Origin: Candidatus Woykebacteria bacterium
Lineage (GTDB): Bacteria; Patescibacteriota; Microgenomatia; Woykebacterales; RBG-16-39-9b
DNA length: 64,000 nt
Direction of reading: 5' to 3'
NCBI GenBank assembly: GCA_040876265.1
Contig: JBBDPN010000002.1
Span: 3,954-67,953, forward strand
Shown piece after piece: positions 53,411 through 63,763 of this stretch. The notes under the pieces are model-generated. The model had not been told where the DNA came from and made no database searches. It saw only the letters and a program-made list of their open reading frames with translations. Both the position numbers and the translations under genes were made by a program. Numbering within the stretch: position 1 is the first letter of the stretch; each line of letters begins with the position of its first letter.

Positions 53411-54459
53411 TGTTTCAACAAATACACTGCTGACTTGGTGCTACCCCGCTTCCTGACCAACCCCTTGCGCATAAGGTATCTCAAATCACGCAAGATAGTA
53501 TCATCGCTTACCATTGGCAGTAAATAACTCCATTCTTTATTAGAAACCTGCCCGTATTCCTGCATATATTCTACCAACTGCAACTGCCGCTCGTTCAGCG
53601 GTATCTGGCCTAGTCTCCCTTTCATTTTTATATCGACAGAAAGTTTTTGCACCTTTTCCTTCACTCTTTGCAGTTCTATTGCCAAGCCAGCCGTAAAATA
53701 TTCTATCCAGGCTGTTAAATCTCTTTCCGGAATACTTTTTGATTGATTGCTGGTTTTTTGCAAAACCAAGTAGTAGCTTCTGCTGTCTCGGTCAAAATAT
53801 TCCTCGATTGAAAAAAGCTTTTTGATATCATAGTCATCTTTAAAAAGGACAAGAGTAGACAAGATCCGGGCGGTCCTACCGTTACCATCCACAAAGGGGT
53901 GGATGGCCGTAATAACGTAGTGGGTGATGGCGGCTTTTATCACCGGATGGATCTCACCGGGTTCTACTCGATCCACCCAAAACAAAAAATCGCGGACCAG
54001 AGGTGAGATCTGTTTTGGTGGTGGTGGCGTGTATGAGGTCTCGCCTGTTTTCGAGTTTGTCACCCGGACTTGAACAGAACGGTACCTACCAGAGCTTTCT
54101 GTTTTCAAAATTTTCCTAGTGGTGACCTGGTGAATTTCTAAAAGGATTTTCTCGGTTATTGCTTCGTCTTTGTGGCTATCAATGTATTTTAAAACTTCGC
54201 GATAGTTCAAAACTTCCTGTACGTCCCGATCCCGAGCGGAAACACTCTGCCCTGCCAATACTTTTTCCACTTCTTTTTGCTCCAGAGCGTTACCCTCAAT
54301 GTGAGTACCGTGGTGGACAGTGCGGATAACTGCTTCATTGCGAAATTTTGCTTCATAGGCCGGTATTAGGGGTGAATTTTCTATAGTTGCTTTTGCCGCT
54401 TCAATCTTTCCGATATTAGTCAATATCTTGTTGGTTATTTTGTACGCAGGAGTAAACAC
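53407..54459 (-). CDS. Fic family protein (AMPylator-type) with C-terminal wHTH
   Basis: Canonical Fic motif HPFVDGNGRTAR. Stop overlaps the gpsA start (ATGA). Confidence 0.8.
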   Translation of the reverse strand: MFTPAYKITNKILTNIGKIEAAKATIENSPLIPAYEAKFRNEAVIRTVHHGTHIEGNALEQKEVEKVLAGQSVSARDRDVQEVLNYREVLKYIDSHKDEAITEKILLEIHQVTTRKILKTESSGRYRSVQVRVTNSKTGETSYTPPPPKQISPLVRDFLFWVDRVEPGEIHPVIKAAITHYVITAIHPFVDGNGRTARILSTLVLFKDDYDIKKLFSIEEYFDRDSRSYYLVLQKTSNQSKSIPERDLTAWIEYFTAGLAIELQRVKEKVQKLSVDIKMKGRLGQIPLNERQLQLVEYMQEYGQVSNKEWSYLLPMVSDDTILRDLRYLMRKGLVRKRGSTKSAVYLLKQ

Positions 54460-54762
54460 AACTTACAACTTAACATTTATTACGTACAACTTCAATACCC
54501 GCACATTTACCGCAGATTGTCAATGGATCTGCAAAGAAAGTGGCCACTCCCAGAGCGCGGATCCGGCGAACCGCCCGACTTGCTCCAAGAGTGGCCTACA
54601 ATCGATCGTCAGGTACTAATGTCAGGGTTGGTTAAGACCCGGAAATGCCCGCGCTACCACCTATCGCGCCACCACAGCTCAGGTATAGAACCGTAAGCAG
54701 CGCGATGATCAGTAGCGCAATGCCAATGATGCGGTCGAGTCTGGTGAGTTTCATTTCACACC

Positions 54763-55344
54763 TCACCAGTAGCCCCAGGCCCGACAGTAGCCACTTCCGT
54801 AACCGTCCACCCCGATGGTTGGCTTGTACTGTTCCACAGTGAACCAAGCCACCTTCAAAGTGAACGTGCCGGAAGCCCAGCTGCGTTTTGACCAGAGACT
54901 CTTGAGCCAGTAGCTTCCGTTGGTAAAGTCGCTACCGCTCCAACCCCACTTCGTGGAACTGGTAACGACAGGTGCGTACCAGCTCACGATCCTACTCCCG
55001 TTGTAGGTGAAGGTCTGGCGGAGTTTGTAGGAAATGACCTTCTGCCCGTAGATGTTCTTCAGATAGAACTCCACGGTGCACGTCTTGGAGTAGGTGCTAG
55101 CCGACGTCGCAGCGGTTGCGGTTACTGCCTCGGGTAACTGACTCTCCGCAGCGGCAACCTCGCTGGCGACTATCTCTGCCTGGCCGATGAGCCTACCGTT
55201 CCTTGCGAAAACCGGCTCGCTCTTCAGCAGCCGAGACGAGGAAGCAATCGGCGTTGCTGGCTCCTGCTCATCTGCAAAGGCTGGCTGAAGGCCGGCCAAA
55301 GCTAGAGCTGCCAGTGTGATGACGATCCCTAGGGTACGTTTCAT
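54763..55344 (-). CDS. Secreted hypothetical protein (signal peptide), GC-rich
   Basis: MKRTLGIVITLAALALAGLQPAFA signal peptide. Strong SD AAGGAGG 6 nt upstream. No family recognised. Confidence 0.45.
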   Translation of the reverse strand: MKRTLGIVITLAALALAGLQPAFADEQEPATPIASSSRLLKSEPVFARNGRLIGQAEIVASEVAAAESQLPEAVTATAATSASTYSKTCTVEFYLKNIYGQKVISYKLRQTFTYNGSRIVSWYAPVVTSSTKWGWSGSDFTNGSYWLKSLWSKRSWASGTFTLKVAWFTVEQYKPTIGVDGYGSGYCRAWGYW

Positions 55345-55535
55345 TTGGTTCCTCCTTAACCTTTAAGGTTGGAAGTCCCAAAACCGTACCCTTTGGACTC
55401 TCGCTATTTAATTGTAAAAACCTCCTCTTCCTCCTGACGACCGAAGTCGTCCCTCTTCCTCCCAAATGGAGGCTCATTTTCGCATATTTCTATCTTTTTG
55501 TCAATTACTCTGGGATAAATAATTTACTCATGAAA

Positions 55536-55575
55536 AAAGCCGATCGATTTGCACCAATCGGCTCTTCTCTCTCGT
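55536..55575 (-). terminator. Rho-independent terminator after the 55586..57073 gene
   Basis: Minus strand reads AGCCGATTGGTGCAAATCGATCGGCTTTTTTTCA: stem AGCCGAT/ATCGGCT followed by U7. Confidence 0.6.
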
Positions 55576-55585
55576 TTTCTTCCGG

Positions 55586-57073
55586 TCACTGCACAGTTGG
55601 GTTTTGCTCTGTGAACAGTCCGTCTGGGTTTAGTCGGTATAGCCAAGCAATTAGGCTGTAACCAAGCTCCTCCCAGTATTGGAAGCCGCCGGCATTGAGG
55701 CACTGCTCTTCGGTTAGATCCCACACTGGTAGGAGGTTACCGTCGATGCAGAAACCTTGACGGGTAGTCCAGACGTCGCCAGAACCTACGAAACCCTCGG
55801 GCGCTGGTGCTCCAGTCCACATCGGGCCGAAGTAGAGGGCACCAGACAGCAGACCATTGGAATCGTACAAGAGACCCTCCGGCTGGTTGGGATCGAACGT
55901 GTCATCCGTCCAGAGGCTCTCGTTCAGGAAGATGGCCCCGTAGCCTGAGATCGGCTGAGTAATCTGTTGATACCCGGCTGATTCAGCTGTGTCCAGCGTT
56001 CGGTACTGTTCAGTCGCTTCAATAGCATCTACGGCTTGGGTTTCAACCTTGGTGGTGCAGGTGGTCAGGATGACACCCCCACCAAAAGCCGCTGTGACGT
56101 CCCCGATGTTCAACGAGAGGTTGGCATCCATGTCCGAGCGCGCCTGGTACAAGGGGTTCTGGTGGCTGATCAGCAGCTTGCCGTGACCAAAGAGCTGCAC
56201 GACGTCCCCTATACTGGCGCTCCCGTTCTTGTCCGGATCTGGCGGCCAGGCATCGTGAGAACTGTTGTCGCGACAGTTGTCCAGTGGATCCGTGCCCATG
56301 TAGTTCTCGGCTGTGTCTGGGCGACCGTCGCCATCGTCATCGTTGTCGCAGGCGTTGCCGGCGCCGTCGATGTCGCGGTCCTGCTGTAGTGGGTTGGGGT
56401 TCGTCATGCAGTTATCCACCGCGTCTTCAATCCCATCACCGTCATAGTCCGGACCTATCGAAGCTGCATTAAACCCTCCGTTTACAGGGCAGCTGCGATC
56501 GTAATTAAGGCAGACTCCGTAAATATCCCCTCCAGGCCAGCTAGCGCAGGGTGGGTTCGACACGTAGTCGTTGATCCTACCCATCACGGTGGAAGCACCG
56601 TAGTAGGGATCGACGTAGCAGTTGTCGGTGATGTGCTTCTTCAGGCCAAGGACCTGACCAAGCCCCTTCAGAGCAGCCGCCATTTTCCAGCCGGACCAGT
56701 ACGTGTCCAGGTTGTTCCAAGATTGATCGAACCTCACGAACGCTCGGTTGATATAGCCATCGGACGGACTAATGTTGAGCTGAGTGCAGGCATAGTGAGG
56801 AGCTGGACAGATGCCCCAAGTCATGCTGACTGTACCACACCCTCCGATTACTTTCCCGAAAGGTTGGTACCCTATGACTGCCTCATAGACGGCGTTCCAA
56901 GTACCGACTGCGCTGTCCCATTCCGAGGGCTGGGGATTACCACCACAGGAGGTGTCGTATGAGACGACCGAGTCTATCCCAGGCTGTAGCTGTATAAGCT
57001 CGTCGCCGCTCGGGTCACAAGCCACCAGAAACAACGCGGCGGCAGCAATGAAGACCAAAATGACCGTCTTCAT
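55586..57073 (-). CDS. Secreted lipoprotein-like protein with thrombospondin type-3-like Ca-binding Asp-rich repeats
   Basis: Signal/lipobox MKTVILVFIAAAALFLVAC. DGDGIEDAVDNC...DIDGAGNACDNDDDGDGRPD repeats. GC-rich. Confidence 0.5.
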   Translation of the reverse strand: MKTVILVFIAAAALFLVACDPSGDELIQLQPGIDSVVSYDTSCGGNPQPSEWDSAVGTWNAVYEAVIGYQPFGKVIGGCGTVSMTWGICPAPHYACTQLNISPSDGYINRAFVRFDQSWNNLDTYWSGWKMAAALKGLGQVLGLKKHITDNCYVDPYYGASTVMGRINDYVSNPPCASWPGGDIYGVCLNYDRSCPVNGGFNAASIGPDYDGDGIEDAVDNCMTNPNPLQQDRDIDGAGNACDNDDDGDGRPDTAENYMGTDPLDNCRDNSSHDAWPPDPDKNGSASIGDVVQLFGHGKLLISHQNPLYQARSDMDANLSLNIGDVTAAFGGGVILTTCTTKVETQAVDAIEATEQYRTLDTAESAGYQQITQPISGYGAIFLNESLWTDDTFDPNQPEGLLYDSNGLLSGALYFGPMWTGAPAPEGFVGSGDVWTTRQGFCIDGNLLPVWDLTEEQCLNAGGFQYWEELGYSLIAWLYRLNPDGLFTEQNPTVQ

Positions 57074-57801
57074 TGCTCACCCCTCACCGTCAGGCTCTCG
57101 AGGAATGTCTGGAAGGCTGCTCCATCATCGGGATGGACCTCTCCAGGTCGTCCGCCGTCCTTTTGTCCTTGCTCTACAGTGTAGCTACCATCTTCGGATG
57201 CTCTTACCTCCATCCAGGAACGGCAGTTCTCCACCCTTAAGAAGCCCAGGGTGGCATCAGTGATGGTATTGATACCAGTCCCGGGATCAGGCACCCGATA
57301 CTTGAAGTAGCCACCCTCTTGGCCCCACCACATTTCAGGTTGCTGCCCGAAGTCGTTGTACGGCCAGGGCGCTTTGGCGGGGTCGAGCGGCTCCTGCCTC
57401 TTCGTAGCCAGTATCTCAGCAATCTGTGCGTTGGCTGCAGCGGCGGCAACCTCCCGCTGATCCTGCACCAGATTACCCTGACCGTCCAGAACTACTCGCG
57501 ACTTTAGCTTTTCTGACCCCTCCGCACCTTGGACGGTTTTTTCGATATCAATTTCCATTTGCGGTGTTGGACCCGACGGGTGGAGGAAGAATAGACCTAC
57601 TCTGCTATACCCGCCACTTTCTGTCTGGGTGGGCGAAGCTTCGAGTACGGTGTCGCAGATCCGGTACTCGATTAGGTCTGCCTCCACCGGCTGGGTATGT
57701 ACGTGTGTGCTGCTGTCCCAAGGCTGCCACACGAACAACACCGCCAAGACGGCTATTAGGGCTGCGACGACTATAACGGCCCTAAGAATTCTCGCTCCCA
57801 T
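57070..57801 (-). CDS. N-terminally TM-anchored hypothetical protein, translationally coupled to 55586..57073
   Basis: ATGA overlap with the downstream gene. N-terminal TM AVIVVAALIAVLAVLFV. GC-rich. Confidence 0.4.
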   Translation of the reverse strand: MGARILRAVIVVAALIAVLAVLFVWQPWDSSTHVHTQPVEADLIEYRICDTVLEASPTQTESGGYSRVGLFFLHPSGPTPQMEIDIEKTVQGAEGSEKLKSRVVLDGQGNLVQDQREVAAAAANAQIAEILATKRQEPLDPAKAPWPYNDFGQQPEMWWGQEGGYFKYRVPDPGTGINTITDATLGFLRVENCRSWMEVRASEDGSYTVEQGQKDGGRPGEVHPDDGAAFQTFLESLTVRGEQ

Positions 57802-58020
57802 GCTGTTCCTCCTTTTCCTCCTTAGGAAATATCCGCTTGTTAATTTGCCAATCCTCTATAGCACTTTTGGCCTATAAAGTCAAGCAAGCAGCGACGAACA
57901 AACGTTGTTTTTTAATTTACCCAAATCCTGTAGTATCTTCGGATTTAATTGTCTAGGCGAGCTGTTTAAATATGATATGAATAGAGGCCGAGAGTTATTT
58001 ACTCGCGGCCTCTACCTGGG

Positions 58021-58569
58021 TCAGGGTTGGGTGATACTTCCTTCAGCTGTTATGGAACAGACCTGGCTACCTTGGTGCCAGATGAATCCTCTACCCACGT
58101 ACTGCTCTAGTCTCGAGCCAAAAACGCGCAAGGGATCAACATCGTAGGTCAGCAACCAGTCTGGCCAGTCTCTGTGCCAATACCTGGCTTCGAAATCGAA
58201 TAAGAGGTCTGGTCTTGATGCAGTAGCCAAATCAACAAACTCACGGACCTTTTCCGCGGTTTGTCTCAAGATACGCCTGGGCATCCGTAGGCTCACTACT
58301 CCCGACCAAAGAACCTCATCGTGTCGAGTCAAGAATTCATGGATCTTCTGCGACCTCCAAGTCCCACTATCTACTAGCCGCAAGGCGGTGTAGCGGAATG
58401 GGGCACTTGGGTGTTGCAGAAGCCTAAATGGTAGGAACGATCCATTACCGACAAGTAGTTCACCCCTTTGGGGCCAGGTTTTCTGTCTCCCCTCAACGAT
58501 CTTCTCTCTTACCACGTGAAGCAGCGGACTCTTCACTTCATCTCCTCCTAACTTCTTAGATTTCTCCAC
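58021..58569 (-). CDS. Hypothetical protein (182 aa), downstream partner of the wHTH ORF
   Basis: Overlaps the upstream ORF by 22 nt. No recognisable motif. Confidence 0.35.
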   Translation of the reverse strand: MEKSKKLGGDEVKSPLLHVVREKIVEGRQKTWPQRGELLVGNGSFLPFRLLQHPSAPFRYTALRLVDSGTWRSQKIHEFLTRHDEVLWSGVVSLRMPRRILRQTAEKVREFVDLATASRPDLLFDFEARYWHRDWPDWLLTYDVDPLRVFGSRLEQYVGRGFIWHQGSQVCSITAEGSITQP

Positions 58570-58805
58570 TCGTCGATTCTTTCGAACAAACCGTTTGCTT
58601 TCCCTTGACTTAGTATCGAACTTACCCGTGTCCTCACAAGTTGAACGGTTGAGTGAGCCAACCTAGGGTCCTTTGGTCGCAGCAAGTCAAAGTACTTCAG
58701 ACAAATGTAGTTGGCTATCTGGCGTTGCGATGCACCTCCGCCCAATGCCTTGATTGCTTCCGAAACGTGAATGTGCTCGATGGGTACGCTAGCTCTTCTA
58801 GCCAT
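58548..58805 (-). CDS. Small winged-helix (HARE-HTH-like) DNA-binding protein
   Basis: EAIKALGGGASQRQIANYICLKYF...STVQLVRTRVSSIL resembles an N-terminal wHTH. Confidence 0.35.
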   Translation of the reverse strand: MARRASVPIEHIHVSEAIKALGGGASQRQIANYICLKYFDLLRPKDPRLAHSTVQLVRTRVSSILSQGKANGLFERIDEWRNLRS

Positions 58806-58968
58806 CTAACCTCCCTCCTAAAACTTGCAAAAATTTTACCACCCTAGTCAAATTAGCAGAAGGGGGTTGAAAGTGCTAACTAGTTATGTTATAAGTTCTA
58901 TTGGAGTTTTAAGTTCTAAGTTATAAGATTTTCTACACTACTTAGATATTATAATTTACATCTAAACT

Positions 58969-61128
58969 ATGGATGGAATTCCTGAACAAACAATTGGTCC
59001 ACAAGTAGCCAAAAACCCCTTGGAGGCCTACGGCCGTGATCTTACTTCCCTAGCTAAGAACGGAAAATTGGATCCGGTTATTGGTCGTGATGGTGAGATC
59101 CGTCGGGTGATGCAAATCCTTTCCAGAAGGACGAAAAATAATCCCGTTTTGGTAGGTGAAGCTGGCGTGGGTAAAACCGCCATCGTGGAAGGTCTTGCCC
59201 AAAGAATGGTGGCCGGTGACGTGCCAGACACTTTGAAAAACAAAGAACTGGTGCAACTGGATATGGCGGCTATTGTCGCCGGAGCCGCGTTCCGCGGTGA
59301 ATTTGAAGAAAGGCTAAAGGCGGTTCTCAAAGCTGTAACTGAAGGCGACGGTAAATATATTTTATTTATCGACGAGCTGCACACCGTGGTTGGTACCGGC
59401 AAAGCTGAAGGTGCCGTAGATGCCGCCAATATCCTCAAGCCTTCTCTTGCTCGCGGCGAACTACATATGATCGGCGCTACGACAAATAAAGAGTACCGCG
59501 AGTACATAGAGCGCGACCCGGCCTTTGAACGCAGATTCCAACCGGTTTACGTGGAGCAGCCTAGTGTCGAAGACACTGTCGCTATATTGCGTGGTTTAAA
59601 GGAGCGCTACGAGGTCCACCACGGAGTAAGGATCACCGACGCAGCGATCATTGCCGCGGCAGGGCTTTCCGCTCGTTATATTTCTGGTCGTTTTCTGCCA
59701 GACAAAGCAGTTGACCTCATCGACGAAGCCACATCTTCTCTAAAAATGGAAGTAGAATCTATGCCGGTAGAACTCGACAGCCTTAAGAGAAACGTTTTGC
59801 AACTAGAAATTGAGCAACAAGCCTTAAAAAAGGAAAAGGACTCATCCAGTCGGGAACGTCTACAAAATCTCGAGAAAGAGTTAAAGAGCAAAAAGCAAAA
59901 ATTTGATGATCTTGAGGCACAATGGAAAAAAGAAAAAGACGCTATCGGTAAGCTACAATCTATCAGTTCTGAACTCGAAAAAAACAAAATCGCTCTTGAA
60001 ACAGCTGAAAGAGACGCAGATTTAAACCGGGCAGCGGAGATCAAATTTGGTAAAATTCCACAGCTTAAAGAAAAAATTAAAGAGGCAAATAAAGCTCTTC
60101 AGCAAGTAACAGATGGCAGTCCTGCCCTACTGCGAGAAGAAGTAACGGCGGAAGATATTGCCAAAGTTGTCTCCCTTTGGACAGGTATTCCTGTTGCCCG
60201 GCTACTAGAAGGAGAAGCAGCAAAACTCTCCAAAATGGAAGAGGAACTTCACGCTCGTATGGTGGATCAAGACGAGGCGATCAAATCGGTTGCCAACGCT
60301 ATCCGCCGCCACCGGGCTGGAGTAAGTGAAGAAAGCAAACCAATCGGTAGTTTTATTTTCTTTGGACCAACTGGTGTCGGTAAAACAGAATTGGCCAGAT
60401 CTTTAGCTGATTTTCTATTTAATGACGAGCACGCTATGGTGCGCATCGATATGAGTGAGTATATGGAACAGCACACTGTGGCCAGACTCATCGGTGCGCC
60501 GCCAGGATACATTGGTTTTGAGGAAGGTGGGCAGCTGACAGAAGCGGTGCGGAGAAAACCCTACAGCGTGATACTTTTTGATGAACTAGAAAAAGCCCAT
60601 CGAGACGTTTTCAATCTCCTACTTCAAGTGCTAGAACCTGGAAGATTGACTGATGGACGTGGTAGAACCGTAGATTTTCGAAACAGTGTAATTATTATGA
60701 CCAGTAATTTAGGAAGCGAGATAATTCAAAAATATGAAGGGAAAACCCCGGGGGTAATGAAAGAAGAGCTTATAGGGCTGGTGAGGAAATCTTTTCGACC
60801 AGAATTCCTCAACCGAGTGGATGAAATTGTCGTGTTTAATCCTCTTGGCGAGAAGGAAATAAGACAAATTACTGGTTTACAATTAAACAAAGTTATAAGC
60901 CGTTTCAAGGAAAAAGGGATCACTCTCAAAATTTCTGACGAGGTGGCATTAAAAATAGCCAAAGAAGGCTTTGATCCTGTTTGGGGTGCCCGCCCATTAA
61001 AGCGAGTCGTACAAAACCAGCTTCTGGACGAACTTTCAATGCAGATTGTGGAAGGTGGAATCAAGGGCGGCGATACGGTGACCGTCGCCCTTGATAATGG
61101 CAGGATCGTGTTTAGCAGATCCGGCTAA
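58969..61128 (+). CDS. clpB: ClpB-type disaggregase lacking the N-terminal domain
   Basis: Two AAA modules ([16 protein letters not shown]) separated by a long coiled-coil M-domain ([20 protein letters not shown]...). Starts directly at the NBD1 linker. Length 719 aa. Confidence 0.85.
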   Translation: MDGIPEQTIGPQVAKNPLEAYGRDLTSLAKNGKLDPVIGRDGEIRRVMQILSRRTKNNPVLVGEAGVGKTAIVEGLAQRMVAGDVPDTLKNKELVQLDMAAIVAGAAFRGEFEERLKAVLKAVTEGDGKYILFIDELHTVVGTGKAEGAVDAANILKPSLARGELHMIGATTNKEYREYIERDPAFERRFQPVYVEQPSVEDTVAILRGLKERYEVHHGVRITDAAIIAAAGLSARYISGRFLPDKAVDLIDEATSSLKMEVESMPVELDSLKRNVLQLEIEQQALKKEKDSSSRERLQNLEKELKSKKQKFDDLEAQWKKEKDAIGKLQSISSELEKNKIALETAERDADLNRAAEIKFGKIPQLKEKIKEANKALQQVTDGSPALLREEVTAEDIAKVVSLWTGIPVARLLEGEAAKLSKMEEELHARMVDQDEAIKSVANAIRRHRAGVSEESKPIGSFIFFGPTGVGKTELARSLADFLFNDEHAMVRIDMSEYMEQHTVARLIGAPPGYIGFEEGGQLTEAVRRKPYSVILFDELEKAHRDVFNLLLQVLEPGRLTDGRGRTVDFRNSVIIMTSNLGSEIIQKYEGKTPGVMKEELIGLVRKSFRPEFLNRVDEIVVFNPLGEKEIRQITGLQLNKVISRFKEKGITLKISDEVALKIAKEGFDPVWGARPLKRVVQNQLLDELSMQIVEGGIKGGDTVTVALDNGRIVFSRSG

Positions 61129-61227
61129 TCTGCTTGTATTGGGCCTCTGCCTCCTTCAGCTTTCTCCTTTAGCTAAACATCTCCCCGATTTCTACTAGCT
61201 GGCTTGCGTAGGGTCCTTCTTTGAGCT

Positions 61228-61380
61228 GCTCCTTAACGAGTCTTTCAAACGCCACGGACAGCGTGCAATCCCACATCACGGGTTTTTTCTACGTGGTCCG
61301 TGTTGGGCCGGGGTCGGGTAAGCCAAAAGAAGAGACAAACGCCAACCACAATGCCGACGAGTAACCACCAGTTTGGCTTC
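61228..61380 (-). CDS. Candidate small hydrophobic peptide (~50 aa), paralog of 61882..62039
   Basis: Translated by hand: MKPNWWLLVGIVVGVCLFFWLTRPRP.. with SD AAAGGAG 8 nt upstream. Not in the ORF track because of its size. Confidence 0.3.
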
Positions 61381-61403
61381 ATCACCCGCTCCTTTCTAGA
61401 TAG

Positions 61404-61604
61404 TCATCTCTTTAATCTACGCAACCGGCTGGCATACGGCTCTTCTTGTAGCTGATCCGTGACAATAATCTCAAATGCCTCAGACAGCGTACGATCCCAC
61501 ATTACGGCGATGTAATGCAGCTGCGCCACCAGCGTCCTAGGCAAGGAGACCGTCATCCTGGCTCTGTCTTCTTTACCCTTCACGCCGCCGCTCGGAGAAT
61601 CCAA
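61404..61604 (-). CDS. Ribbon-helix-helix (CopG/antitoxin-like) DNA-binding protein
   Basis: MTVSLPRTLVAQLHYIAVMWDRTLSEAFEIIV fits an RHH beta-strand plus two helices. A truncated second copy lies at about 61133-61243. Confidence 0.45.
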   Translation of the reverse strand: MDSPSGGVKGKEDRARMTVSLPRTLVAQLHYIAVMWDRTLSEAFEIIVTDQLQEEPYASRLRRLKR

Positions 61605-61933
61605 ACAGGTTCTTCGCCCTTCTTGTAGGCCTTCTTGATCACCACCTTGTGAACAGGCTGGCCGCGACGACGAAGTCTGTAGATAAGCCGGTGGTAATCC
61701 TTACCCCAACCAACTACTTTATTTTCGTAAACCGCTACGAAGCAGTTTGGATACCTACCCTGGAGATCTTCGTAATGGGCGGAAAAGTACCCCAGATCAG
61801 CTTGGAGTTGCCTCATCTGCTCAACGAGATCTTGTGGAGTCAGACCAACTCTTTGAAAGTAGGCCTCTAAATCCGCAGCCTTCATCGTCCACTCCTTTCT
61901 CGATTTTCTCCTAAATATTTCGAACTCTGCCAC
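61580..61933 (-). CDS. Hypothetical protein (117 aa) overlapping the RHH gene start
   Basis: ORF with a 25-nt overlap onto the RHH gene. No family recognised. Confidence 0.35.
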   Translation of the reverse strand: MAEFEIFRRKSRKEWTMKAADLEAYFQRVGLTPQDLVEQMRQLQADLGYFSAHYEDLQGRYPNCFVAVYENKVVGWGKDYHRLIYRLRRRGQPVHKVVIKKAYKKGEEPVWILRAAA

Positions 61934-62039
61934 GGCCGTGCGATCCAGAAGAAGAGATAAACACCAACTATAATGCCAATCAACAGGACGTGATTTGTCT
62001 TCCGTTCATCTCCTTCGACAGCCGTACCTTTAGTTGGCA
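61882..62039 (-). CDS. Candidate small hydrophobic peptide (~52 aa)
   Basis: Hand translation MPTKGTAVEGDERKTNHVLLIGIIVGVYLFFWIARPWQ... Its hydrophobic core is shared with the 61228..61380 peptide. Overlaps both neighbouring genes. Confidence 0.25.
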
Positions 62040-62392
62040 TGAACTAGAACTCCCTCGGGATGATAGATATCACCTCTAGAGAGCGGGGGTCCGGAGAAAG
62101 GATCCTCGCCCTCCTCGACTTGATCTTCTGGTACAAATTCGAACCCAAACTCACCCGAACCCTCTACCAGTACTAGATGTTTGCTTGGCCTTGGGCTCCA
62201 GAACGCTGCCCATAAGTCCAGGTAGAAGCGGATTCTCTCGTGCCTCAGCCGCGCGTCCTCCTGGATGAGCAATATCGGCAGCCCGATCGCTATATCAAAA
62301 AGGGTCGGCATGATTATCACCACCTTTTGCATCGACCGACCAAACTCTCCTCCGTTTGATTCAAAAGTAGCACTATGGGGTGAGGTTGTCAA
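62030..62392 (-). CDS. Hypothetical protein
   Basis: 120-aa ORF in the GC-rich small-gene cluster. Confidence 0.3.
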   Translation of the reverse strand: MTTSPHSATFESNGGEFGRSMQKVVIIMPTLFDIAIGLPILLIQEDARLRHERIRFYLDLWAAFWSPRPSKHLVLVEGSGEFGFEFVPEDQVEEGEDPFSGPPLSRGDIYHPEGVLVHAN

Positions 62393-62960
62393 TTAGATTC
62401 CTTGAAAAAGAAGATGCCGGCTCACTGGTGGTGAAACCGGCACTCGTGATCTCTTGGGGACGTTGGGTCAGATCTCTACGTCTGGGCCCACTTCCTCCGA
62501 ATCGAAGGCGAGAAAGACGAAGGTAGCAATCGGAAGAGCGGCCGCCAGCATAATGGCTGCCTTCTCGATCCGACTAAGTCTCTCCTGCTTTTTCTCCATC
62601 TTGATCTCCTCCTTAGACTTCCAAGGTAAGCGGCAGAAACATGTGCTGCTGTGGGTCGACGTGTGTGTCGGTTAGTTCGTCCAGCTTCCTCCCTAGGAAT
62701 CGCCGGCGAGTGTTAAATACCCTTGGTGCTTGTGCCAAAAGGTGGCGAGGATCGGGACTGAGCATCTGCCCAAGGCCTGGAGCTTGCGCTCTTAATCTAA
62801 TGGCTTGGCGATGCCCGTTCTCCCGTATGCCCTCCAAACGCTCCACCTTGACACGAAGCTGTTTCGTCAATGTGCGCCTCCTTCTTCCGACTTTTTTGAA
62901 ATTATATACCTACCAAGCAACCATTTCAACATGAAAAACCGCCCCTGTTCCGGAATCAGA

Positions 62961-63275
62961 TCAGCGGCGGTGATACCTCTTTACCCACTCTTCTTTCCTG
63001 TGTCTCTCAATGGCTTTAGCGGTATCCTTTGGATCCTCTGGTCCAATTGGATCACGGCTGATACCCTCGTTACTAGGTCGTACTTCCTGCTGTAGTGGGC
63101 CATCGTTGAACTGCTCGACCAGCTCGCCTTCCAATCCGACGTTCCGGTTACAAAGCGCTAGGATAGCCTTCCCTATGTATGCGCTCATCAACGCCGGGAC
63201 TACCACCAGCAGAACTATTATTATCACGCGTGCATAAAAGGCTGAATCAGAGTCTCCAAACAGCCAGTCGATCAT
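62961..63275 (-). CDS. Small membrane protein (1 TM) with basic C-terminus
   Basis: ARVIIIVLLVVVPALMSAYIG TM helix. Overlaps the next gene by 4 nt. Confidence 0.35.
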   Translation of the reverse strand: MIDWLFGDSDSAFYARVIIIVLLVVVPALMSAYIGKAILALCNRNVGLEGELVEQFNDGPLQQEVRPSNEGISRDPIGPEDPKDTAKAIERHRKEEWVKRYHRR

Positions 63276-63475
63276 GCCTCTTCATCCTCCGGTTGCTTAT
63301 CCGCGTACGGGATCTTACTCGCTGCCTCGTCCGTACCAACTTTTATCCAAGACCAAAGTATGGACACGATTGCAACAGCGGTGATTATAGACAGCAAGGC
63401 GACTACTACCCAACCCCAAATTGCATCTGGATCGGACGCGGAGGCTAGGAACACTTGATCAACCATTATGTTCAT
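63272..63475 (-). CDS. Small membrane protein (1 TM)
   Basis: WGWVVVALLSIITAVAIVSILWSWI TM helix. Acidic C-terminus. Confidence 0.35.
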   Translation of the reverse strand: MNIMVDQVFLASASDPDAIWGWVVVALLSIITAVAIVSILWSWIKVGTDEAASKIPYADKQPEDEEA

Positions 63476-63490
63476 TACTCAACCCTCCGA

Positions 63491-63763
63491 TCACTGCTCT
63501 TCTGGGTCCTTGAAAGATTCCCTGATCAAATCGGCGATCCCAAGCTCCTCAATGTGTTGCCCCAAAATATCAAGGAGCCTGCTTTCATCTACTGTGGCGT
63601 ATCCAAGTGACTTTTGCAGCAAGGTTTGTCCGATTTCGCGAATTTCTTCCGATGTGAATTCGCTAATTAGGATCTCGAGCTGCTTAGGCTCATCGTCGGT
63701 TCGAAGTAGACGCCAAAGCCTTTCAGCATAGTCTGGGTGCCCGAGTATAGTTGCCTCAATCAT
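63491..63763 (-). CDS. Small acidic hypothetical protein
   Basis: 90-aa ORF. First gene of the compact minus-strand cluster. Confidence 0.35.
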   Translation of the reverse strand: MIEATILGHPDYAERLWRLLRTDDEPKQLEILISEFTSEEIREIGQTLLQKSLGYATVDESRLLDILGQHIEELGIADLIRESFKDPEEQ

